Shown: piece after piece, positions 37,278 through 44,817 of the stretch | Position numbering within the stretch: position 1 is the stretch's first letter | Layout of the letters: every line of letters starts with the position of its first letter | Virus record (IMG/VR): IMGVR_UViG_3300020470_001965 | Direction: 5' to 3' (one strand) | Origin: a virus | DNA: 64,000 nucleotides | Notes under the pieces: model-generated | What the model saw: the letters and a program-made list of their open reading frames with translations, nothing else | Databases searched by the model: none | Told to the model about the DNA's origin: nothing | Position numbers and translations under genes: made by a program

Positions 37278-37916
37278 ATGTCAACAACTGACCCACTATC
37301 TGACACACTAAGTGACAAGATCCAACATGAAACTTATGGTCTATTTCCTATACCTGTCACCAAGTATTCTGTCCCAAATCATTCACATTTAAAAGAGCAA
37401 ATCTTATTGTGGATGAATGAATCTAAAATACTAGAAAAGCATGGGAGAGAAGCAATTTGCCACAATGTTGCCCAGATAGGTAATAACAATGAGGTTGTAA
37501 ATGCAATTCCTGAGTTATATCGTACAATCATAGATGCAGTCGAGAAACATAACAATAACAGCATCAAATATAAGTCTAAGTTCTCAATTAATGATAGTTA
37601 CCTTGAGTTAGCATCAGAAGGGGCAATTTACGCACCCCACGAAGTTAGTAACTGTCTCTACAGTTTGTGTTACTTTATCAACTACAATCCTGCCGACCAT
37701 TCTTTTATGAAATGGAGACGCAATATAAGTTCTAATCATTACCCCATAATTCAAATCGATTCTTTAGAACTTACACCCTACAATATGACAGAAGCAACAT
37801 TTGAAATTAGTGAAGGAGATATTGTTATTTTTCCCTCTAATCTTACGCATGGTTATGATACTAACCCTAAGAATGAGAGAATAACACTTACTGCCAATAT
37901 TACACCATCTAATTAA
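37278..37916 (+). CDS. 2OG-Fe(II) oxygenase-like (TIGR02466 type, atypical HEV motif)
   Basis: LFPIPV, YAPHEVSNC, EGDIVIFPSNLTHG, RITLTAN. Confidence 0.8.
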   Translation: MSTTDPLSDTLSDKIQHETYGLFPIPVTKYSVPNHSHLKEQILLWMNESKILEKHGREAICHNVAQIGNNNEVVNAIPELYRTIIDAVEKHNNNSIKYKSKFSINDSYLELASEGAIYAPHEVSNCLYSLCYFINYNPADHSFMKWRRNISSNHYPIIQIDSLELTPYNMTEATFEISEGDIVIFPSNLTHGYDTNPKNERITLTANITPSN

Positions 37917-37923
37917 CAATGAG

Positions 37924-37968
37924 TTTTCCACACAGTTATTCACACTTTTCCACAGTAATTGTTGAAAA
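37924..37968. promoter_or_regulatory. Cluster of DnaA-box-like 9-mers (candidate origin / DnaA-binding locus)
   Basis: TTTTCCACA 37924-37932, TTATTCACA 37936-37944, TTTTCCACA 37946-37954, inverted TTTTCAACA 37960-37968. Confidence 0.6.
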
Positions 37969-38052
37969 CAGTGTATATTTTAAATGTCGAAATAAATGTA
38001 GTTGTGTGATATTTAATTCGAGTTAAATGCAGCGGAGTTGTTGTTATCTAAG

Positions 38053-38081
38053 AGCGTAACACATCGCCAGATTTTTGTCAA
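38053..38081 (-). promoter_or_regulatory. Minus-strand sigma70-type promoter TTGACA-N17-TACGCT (extended -10)
   Basis: Plus strand TGTCAA 38076-38081 and AGCGTA 38053-38058; points left at the DnaA-box cluster with no convincing minus-strand gene. Confidence 0.55.
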
Positions 38082-38100
38082 CAACTCACAGACATATTAC

Positions 38101-38146
38101 AAAGTGTCCACTATCACTTGACTTTGCCCAATTTTTCCACTATTAT
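38101..38146 (+). promoter_or_regulatory. Early promoter AAAGTGTCCAC...TTGACT-N17-TATTAT
   Basis: Motif 38101-38111, -35 at 38118, -10 at 38141. Confidence 0.7.
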
Positions 38147-38168
38147 ACATCTATCGCAACTAATTCCA

Positions 38169-38357
38169 ATGGGAAGGACTTACAAACGAAATGACCCCTA
38201 TTCATCACATAGGGCGAAAAGTTTGAGAGAAAAGCGTAAACAATCGAGAAGCAAATCTCGAAGCGTTGATGATACTTTTTCCACAGATTATGCGGATAAG
38301 TATCACAAACCCCGCACACAGTTTGATTCACATACGGAGGACAATCGTCATGGATGA
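38169..38357 (+). CDS. small basic hypothetical protein
   Basis: MGRTYKRNDPYSSHRAKSLREKRKQSR..., downstream of the promoter. Confidence 0.65.
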   Translation: MGRTYKRNDPYSSHRAKSLREKRKQSRSKSRSVDDTFSTDYADKYHKPRTQFDSHTEDNRHG

Positions 38358-38488
38358 GACTAACTACAACCCACTCGAATCTGACTGGGTTGATGATATG
38401 TTATACGAGGACGATTACTCCACTGATTGTGAAGAATTGCCCACAGATTAACCCCCCATTCTTTGCCCTTTCTTGCCCCTTATTTGCC

Positions 38489-38662
38489 ATGACCAAAGTA
38501 ACAACAATTCAATCACAATTTCCCTCAGTAGATGTTAAATTGTGGGAAAGAGGTAAGCGATACTTTTGGGCGTATAATTACGATGGATGTAATAAGAATG
38601 GACCGTTTAAATCTGAGAAGTTAGCATTAGCGGACGCACAACGATTAACGGAGGGAAACTAA
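38489..38662 (+). CDS. hypothetical protein
   Basis: MTKVTTIQSQFPSVDVKLW...YFWAY...GPFKSE..A..DA. Confidence 0.6.
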   Translation: MTKVTTIQSQFPSVDVKLWERGKRYFWAYNYDGCNKNGPFKSEKLALADAQRLTEGN

Positions 38663-38850
38663 TGTCAATTCCAACCAAATTCGCAGCAATTCTTGATAAT
38701 TATGATAAAGGATTACTGGGGATAAATGATACAATCGAAATGGCACAGTTGTTGATAGATACGGGGTTAAATGAGACCCTGCTACAGTATCAACAATTAT
38801 GTGATTATTACATCGCTGAGGGTTTATGTTATGATGTGCAATATGAGTGA
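38662..38850 (+). CDS. hypothetical protein
   Basis: 62 aa, ...AQLLIDTGL...CDYYIAEGLC. Confidence 0.65.
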   Translation: MSIPTKFAAILDNYDKGLLGINDTIEMAQLLIDTGLNETLLQYQQLCDYYIAEGLCYDVQYE

Positions 38851-39015
38851 TTAAGTATTAAATAGTATACACACAGTTAGTAACACATATGGGCAGTGAT
38901 TTGCCGTCCATTTGTGTTACTTAGCGTCCCGTTATATTAAAAACATCCCTATCGCTAACCTACAAAAGTATCACAGCGATAGAAAAATATTTCTCAGTAA
39001 AAAAATTTCCCAGGT

Positions 39016-39501
39016 ATGTCGAGTCCCCAGAGGTTGAAAGAAAAGCAAGCACTAGAAGAGTTGCACAGTGACTTGGTAGGTCGCCCTTGGCCTGGTAGAA
39101 GATATCCAGGGTGCTACGAGGTGATTCAACTATATGCGAAGAAAGTATTAGACAGGGACTTGAAAAACTTCAGTGGATTATACACAAGTTTCAAAGATGA
39201 AGCAGTGGCAGAAGAGAATGGGTTGTGGATAACCAAACCAACATGGGGAGAGCCATTAGACTTCTCAGTAATACAAGAGAATGATTTACTGCTTTATAAG
39301 ATTTACACAGACGACCTCGGAGGCGGTTACTCTGCGAAGCTAGCAGACCGTGCTCCGAATCATGGTGCAGTTTATCTTGGCAATAAGTTTATCCTTCATC
39401 AGGTATGGCAGGAAGAAAGTAGAATAGATGATTTGACACATCCTTCATGTTATCTCTATCAGACTAACTGTATAGGTGTAGTTAGGGAAAACACTACATA
39501 A
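39016..39501 (+). CDS. NlpC/P60-family peptidase-like protein
   Basis: LVGRPW...GCYEVI (Cys), NHGAVYLG..FILHQ (His/His). Confidence 0.75.
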   Translation: MSSPQRLKEKQALEELHSDLVGRPWPGRRYPGCYEVIQLYAKKVLDRDLKNFSGLYTSFKDEAVAEENGLWITKPTWGEPLDFSVIQENDLLLYKIYTDDLGGGYSAKLADRAPNHGAVYLGNKFILHQVWQEESRIDDLTHPSCYLYQTNCIGVVRENTT

Positions 39502-39527
39502 TGTAATTACAACTGAATACTAATGAT

Positions 39528-39692
39528 ATGAGCAAAAGGTATACTCTTACTATCATGGAGGATGAATACGGGGATTCATATCTTCAATTATCAGATGAAT
39601 TGCTAGCAGAGTTTGACTGGGAAGTCGGAGATATGTTAGAATATAGTGAGGAGACTGATGGGTCTCTATGTTTGTTTAAGGTGGATGAATGA
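39528..39692 (+). CDS. AbrB/MazE-like small protein, 54 aa (not in track)
   Basis: MSKRYTLTIMEDEYGDSYLQLSDELLAEFDWEVGDMLEY...GSLCLFKV fits a swapped-hairpin pattern. Confidence 0.6.
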   Translation: MSKRYTLTIMEDEYGDSYLQLSDELLAEFDWEVGDMLEYSEETDGSLCLFKVDE

Positions 39693-39797
39693 GATATAAT
39701 CAAATATGTCTTACGCTACTTGTGATTATTAACTTGATTAATCTAATAAAAAATTAGCGTCTGAAAAAATCCGAAAAATCCGCGAGGTGAATCTCTA

Positions 39798-40088
39798 ATG
39801 GGAAAATATGTGCATGGTGATGTGGTTGAAAAGATTGAGAAACCCATCCCTGAATTTAAGACTGATGCCGAATTCATAAACTGGGCGTTTCAACAGCAAG
39901 CAGAAGCACTAACGAATCTTGCTAAACGTGTCGAGAGGGTAGAAATGGCACTACAAAAAATCCCTCCCCCTGGTGCCGATATGATTAAATATAAAATACC
40001 AGGTCAAGACGAATACTCTAACCTAAAAGAATTACTGGATAATCTGTTTGAGAGAATAAATACTATCGAGACTGTAGTCGGTATATAA
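39798..40088 (+). CDS. hypothetical protein (coiled-coil)
   Basis: 96 aa, GAGG SD upstream. Confidence 0.7.
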   Translation: MGKYVHGDVVEKIEKPIPEFKTDAEFINWAFQQQAEALTNLAKRVERVEMALQKIPPPGADMIKYKIPGQDEYSNLKELLDNLFERINTIETVVGI

Positions 40089-43000
40089 TGGCAGCCTATG
40101 TCCAGGAGACTGGTAGAAGTTTTCCCAATCCTACCACATCAGGTAATTTCACTCAAGTGTTTAAAAGACCCCAGAGTGGAGATTACAGGACTCATGGCGA
40201 CTATCCTAATGTAGGTAGTGGTGCAAATGATTATAGGATAACCTTTGAGGGTGCTGGTGCAGGAAGCATGCCACTCGGCAAAGATATTGTCCATTACCTA
40301 GGGGATGATGACCCAACGGTCATCGGTGGCACGAGACAAGCGATATACAGGCATTACAGAGGGTCTAAGGATGACCACAAGTATACCAATACTCCTGAGA
40401 TACAAAAACAGGATATGGGTTGCGAGAATGAATCATGGAAGAAGGCAGCAAGAGGATATAATAAAGAGCCAAGGTCAGGAAGACCAGTATTCTGGTTGAT
40501 GAGGGAGCAAGTAGAGAATGCTATACCTATCAAACAGTTTTATTCCTATTGGCCTGATGATACACAACTATGTGCTGGTAGTAACGTCCCCACTGGATTA
40601 AATGGGGTAGGTTGTGGTAGAAACAAATATGTCGAATGTAATACCCTTGGGTATGCCTTTGCTACAGAAGCACACGCACAGGAGTATTGCACAGGGTCTG
40701 AGGTGCCTGTACCGTTGTATGAGTATCTTCACCCCGACCCAGACCATTTTTATACTGTAGACCCTGCTAGTGAGGTAAACCTCGCTGACAACAGTCCTAT
40801 ACCTCCTCTGGACCCTATTCATAGGCAATACAGTTATTTGGGTATCCTTTGTTGGGTTTTTGCTGATGATGTCAGGGACCAACCTAATAAATTAGTAGTC
40901 GATATTGGTAAAATAGGTCCAACTGGTCAATGTATTGATAAATCTGGTTGGTATGACTATACAGATGACGACCAATACTCCTATGGAGAGCCTGGATGGG
41001 GTACAGGAGGGTGGTCTGAGTTCATGTATCGTCAAATGCGTGACTCAAATGGTAATCATGTCGAAGGTCCACCAGCAATTAATGGTTGGGGTAACCCAGA
41101 TAACGTAGAAGCACTGTCAAATGATGCATTTTTCGAGTGGTCCTATGGTTTAAGTGGTGCTGTGAAGGCATCTGTACCTAGATTCTTAGGTTTTGAGGAT
41201 AGTTACGACTCACAATTCCTATATTATCTCTACGATACGACGTATCCGTGGAATGGACCCATATATTCAACGCAATATATCCTCTCAAACGCTCAATGTT
41301 GTCCAAATACGACTGACCCTGAGGGTTGTCCGCAGTGTGCTCCTGAATGGACCTACCATTCTCACTTCTATGAGATACATGAGGACACTTGGGAGACCAC
41401 AAAGTCCCGCATTACCATCTCAGACCAGAGTTCAGTCGGTGTAAAAGAGTCATTTTTCACTTGTGACACTGAAAGTAGACGTATTTTCTTCCGCTATATG
41501 ACACGAGATGGTGATTTTAACAGCGGAGACCAGATAAATGGGTGGGATATTGTCTCAGTTTACTATTTTGGAGACCAATTGAAGTGCGGAGTAATGGAAT
41601 TTACTCAATTTGGTGCCGTAGGAAACACATTTTCCTATGAACAGCAGTTCACATCCTCTGATGGAGGTCAAATTAAGGTTCTTGCTGGTTACGGTATAGC
41701 AAATAAGGTTGCATTTACGGGTGTTTACGAATTTCCAAAGAAAGTTTCATACTGGAAAGTGCAAATTAACCCTAAAGCACTCATTCCTTGGCGCACATTA
41801 GACGAAGCAGTGCTTGAAGCAGTCGTAGATGACGACGGAAGCATACATTCTGTCAATATTATCAACGGAGGACGTGGATATATCGAGCCAACCATAGCGG
41901 TATTGCATCCTAGAGAGATGGAAGACTTCTCTCCTAACGATACTGCTAAGTTTATGGGTGATTCCGTCAGTATGGATGAGGACTGGAAGAAGACATTTAA
42001 GACACCAGAGTCCTCTCAGACGGTCATGGACAGCACGAGAGACACCCAGAAGACCTTTGGTGTCCATACAGGGGTAATTCCTATCCCAGAGGATAAGAAT
42101 AGAGAAAGATTTCAGATGCGTAAGGCAATTCTTGAGATATCTGAGCTCAATGAGTTAGGTATAATCAAGGCAGTACGTGTTGTAGACGGTGGTGCGGGAT
42201 ATTCACAGGCAGATTTACCTAAAGTTATCGTTGCAGAGCCTGAGCACATCAAGTGGGATAGTGCTAAAGAGGACGGTGCGCCTGACCCACAAGCATTTGG
42301 CGCAACTAATACACAACTTACGGATGGTATTGGTGGTGGTATCGAAGGAGGCGCACAAGGATTCGATGAAGACGGAGATAATATGCAGTATATCAACTCC
42401 TCATTTGACTTAATTAAGTCAGGTAAGGCAGTTGACGTACCTGATAGTTACATACGCGCAGCAGAATTGTCAGAGGACACCACATCTTACTGTATGAATC
42501 TGCCAGCAGCGTGTATTGAGATTGGTCCTGGTGTAGGTTTGATATCTAATGCGATGCCTGACAGGGAACAGTTTAGTCAAGTTTCCTCAATGTCCCCAGG
42601 TATAGCGCAATTTGAAAAGGATGTAATGCCTTTCGCTATGCAAGGAGCGCAACAGGTAGACAGCTATGTTGAGAATCAGTCTCACCTGTATGGTCCTTTC
42701 GGAAAGGATAGATGTATAAAGACAGGGCAACCAAAACTCTATAACATTACTCGATGGTTTGATATGCCCTGTGCGTATTTAGATGTCGGTGATGATGGTG
42801 TGCAGAAAGCATTTGGTTGGTTACCTTACAAGTATTGTGCATCCAAACAAGAATTAGCATCATACAGAGTATCCATTGAGTGTGAGGGTAAGATTACAGG
42901 ATCTCAAGGTGAGGACTGTATGGATTGGATTCAATCCCTACCTAAACCACACATGATGCGGAGAAGAGACCCACAGGGTAATGCTGGTAAGAGGACTTGG

Positions 43001-43669
43001 AATTGTAGACGAGGAAGTATACAAGGTAGATGTTATAGAGATCCTAATAATAGCGCAGATATTATCTTTGTCCCCGTAGGACTAGATGAGAATACGTGGG
43101 ACTATAACAGAAGTAACTTCACAGAGCTCGAGCAATTGCAGATGTGGGCTGGTAGTAATATTAGTAGTAGCGCAGCAGTGCAGACATGGTTAGGACACCC
43201 TACGGCACAAGACCCTGCTGGTACTCCGCACTCGGTAGACTATACTGCGCTTACGGTAGCATCGTGTAGTAACGGACAACCACCTAATGATTGTTGGGAT
43301 AGGTATGTGCGCGGAGTGGTTGCTAATGATGGTCCGTTGAGAGTGTATTGCGGATATGATAATGACGGTAATGGTATAGCAGGTAATACATTCTGTGGTA
43401 CTCCTGAACTATATGATGCCTGCGTAGCACTGGATAAGTGTATGGATGCATCTATTGCTATCAACCCTAACAGGATGAAGGGGACTGGTTCAAATAAAGT
43501 AATGATGATGGGACCATATAATGGTACAATGACCGTGCGGAATAATCTGACAGGTAGTATAAATGCACTAGACAGAGCAATCCGTAACTATGGTAACCCA
43601 TACTTCGATGAATGCAGTCAAACTGACTCTTGGACTGATGGCACTACATTGAATGAGGAGTTTAAATAA
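40088..43669 (+). CDS. Virion structural (baseplate-associated) protein
   Basis: 1193 aa, Cys-rich; late promoter at 40056; IINGGRGY / VVDGGAGY repeats as in cyanophage baseplate proteins. Confidence 0.75.
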   Translation: MAAYVQETGRSFPNPTTSGNFTQVFKRPQSGDYRTHGDYPNVGSGANDYRITFEGAGAGSMPLGKDIVHYLGDDDPTVIGGTRQAIYRHYRGSKDDHKYTNTPEIQKQDMGCENESWKKAARGYNKEPRSGRPVFWLMREQVENAIPIKQFYSYWPDDTQLCAGSNVPTGLNGVGCGRNKYVECNTLGYAFATEAHAQEYCTGSEVPVPLYEYLHPDPDHFYTVDPASEVNLADNSPIPPLDPIHRQYSYLGILCWVFADDVRDQPNKLVVDIGKIGPTGQCIDKSGWYDYTDDDQYSYGEPGWGTGGWSEFMYRQMRDSNGNHVEGPPAINGWGNPDNVEALSNDAFFEWSYGLSGAVKASVPRFLGFEDSYDSQFLYYLYDTTYPWNGPIYSTQYILSNAQCCPNTTDPEGCPQCAPEWTYHSHFYEIHEDTWETTKSRITISDQSSVGVKESFFTCDTESRRIFFRYMTRDGDFNSGDQINGWDIVSVYYFGDQLKCGVMEFTQFGAVGNTFSYEQQFTSSDGGQIKVLAGYGIANKVAFTGVYEFPKKVSYWKVQINPKALIPWRTLDEAVLEAVVDDDGSIHSVNIINGGRGYIEPTIAVLHPREMEDFSPNDTAKFMGDSVSMDEDWKKTFKTPESSQTVMDSTRDTQKTFGVHTGVIPIPEDKNRERFQMRKAILEISELNELGIIKAVRVVDGGAGYSQADLPKVIVAEPEHIKWDSAKEDGAPDPQAFGATNTQLTDGIGGGIEGGAQGFDEDGDNMQYINSSFDLIKSGKAVDVPDSYIRAAELSEDTTSYCMNLPAACIEIGPGVGLISNAMPDREQFSQVSSMSPGIAQFEKDVMPFAMQGAQQVDSYVENQSHLYGPFGKDRCIKTGQPKLYNITRWFDMPCAYLDVGDDGVQKAFGWLPYKYCASKQELASYRVSIECEGKITGSQGEDCMDWIQSLPKPHMMRRRDPQGNAGKRTWNCRRGSIQGRCYRDPNNSADIIFVPVGLDENTWDYNRSNFTELEQLQMWAGSNISSSAAVQTWLGHPTAQDPAGTPHSVDYTALTVASCSNGQPPNDCWDRYVRGVVANDGPLRVYCGYDNDGNGIAGNTFCGTPELYDACVALDKCMDASIAINPNRMKGTGSNKVMMMGPYNGTMTVRNNLTGSINALDRAIRNYGNPYFDECSQTDSWTDGTTLNEEFK

Positions 43670-44202
43670 TGGCATTTGGTTTCCTAAGACCTGTATCCTC
43701 ATTAAATGGATTACCGTGTAGTGGTCACGGACTTTGTTTGCCGTCTACAATCCACTCTGTACAGGCATGTGGTACTCCACCCATACCTTATAGTATTACA
43801 ATTAAGAATTTTACATGTTGGTGGCCTCCACAACCATTGATTCCAATATTCCCAGTTACTCCTTTGAGAGCAACTGTATTGGTTAATGGTATTCCCATCA
43901 TGTTAATGGGTGATACATTCACACCACACATTTCAGTATGTACCAATATTGTTGTGTACATTTGTCCTTGTGGTAAAGCGATGTGTCCCACCCCAACTCC
44001 TATACCGTGTAGCACTCTAACCATAGAAGATGCTGGAGGAGTTGGTCATATTAGGGTTTTACAAGCAACGACCGTAACGGTATTTGCTCTTAAACGACCT
44101 ATAGCAAGGATACTAGACCCATTAGGGGTTGGATTCCCTGGATTTAGTTACCCTTGTTCATCTGTAGTTGCCTGGGGGCATGCAACTGTGCTAGCATCAT
44201 AG
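43669..44202 (+). CDS. PAAR-like spike-tip protein (gp5.4-like)
   Basis: Cys/His-rich; TVLVNGIPIMLMGD and TVFALKRPIARILD repeats; upstream of gp25. Confidence 0.65.
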   Translation: MAFGFLRPVSSLNGLPCSGHGLCLPSTIHSVQACGTPPIPYSITIKNFTCWWPPQPLIPIFPVTPLRATVLVNGIPIMLMGDTFTPHISVCTNIVVYICPCGKAMCPTPTPIPCSTLTIEDAGGVGHIRVLQATTVTVFALKRPIARILDPLGVGFPGFSYPCSSVVAWGHATVLAS

Positions 44203-44217
44203 AAACTTGAGGTTAAA

Positions 44218-44364
44218 ATGGCAAAATCGACAACTGGAGCATGGGGAACTGGGTCATATGTGACTCCAAACCCGAAAAAAACACGTCAAGGTAACAGCAA
44301 AAACACAAAATATGCTGCTACTTCTCGTAATGGTGCTAGAAAGAAGTACAAAGGTCAAGGTTAA
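44218..44364 (+). CDS. small basic protein, 48 aa (not in track)
   Basis: MAKSTTGAWG...PKKTRQG.SK.TKY.ATSRN...KKYKGQG*; GAGG SD. Confidence 0.75.
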   Translation: MAKSTTGAWGTGSYVTPNPKKTRQGNSKNTKYAATSRNGARKKYKGQG

Positions 44365-44402
44365 CCCTATAAATAACTTTATACTTGCACTAAATATAAG
44401 GA

Positions 44403-44816
44403 ATGCCCGCCTATCGGTTTAGATCCGAGAAATATGTCTCCAGAGGATTTAAGGACTTAGCAGTCTCATTCAAATCAAATCCTAATACTGGAGATTTTGG
44501 TGTGGTTAAAAATGAAAATGCTATAAAGCAGTCAGTTCGTAATCTAATCTTGACCCAATTTGGTGAAAGACCTTTTCAAGAGGAGATTGGATCACGAGTT
44601 ACTGCACTTTTATTTGAACCATGGGATCCATTTAGCGTGGATACTATGAAAGGAGAGATATTTAACTGTTTACAAAGACTTGAGCCTCGTATTGAATGTA
44701 CATCTGTGAAAATTCGTGATGAATCTGACACCAACGCTGTATTTGTTGAGATAGATTACACTATTGTTGGAGAAGAGTTAACCCAAACCGTAGACTTTCT
44801 ACTAGAAAGAGCATAA
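44403..44816 (+). CDS. gp25: Baseplate wedge subunit gp25
   Basis: FKDL.VSF...KNENAIKQSVRNLILT..GERPF...GS...LLFE...EPRI. Confidence 0.95.
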   Translation: MPAYRFRSEKYVSRGFKDLAVSFKSNPNTGDFGVVKNENAIKQSVRNLILTQFGERPFQEEIGSRVTALLFEPWDPFSVDTMKGEIFNCLQRLEPRIECTSVKIRDESDTNAVFVEIDYTIVGEELTQTVDFLLERA

Positions 44817-44817
44817 A

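Noticed and set aside
38879-38982. tRNA or tmRNA in the structured intergenic region
   Set aside because: No cloverleaf, T-loop GTTCRA or CCA end. No tRNA was recognised anywhere in the window by eye.
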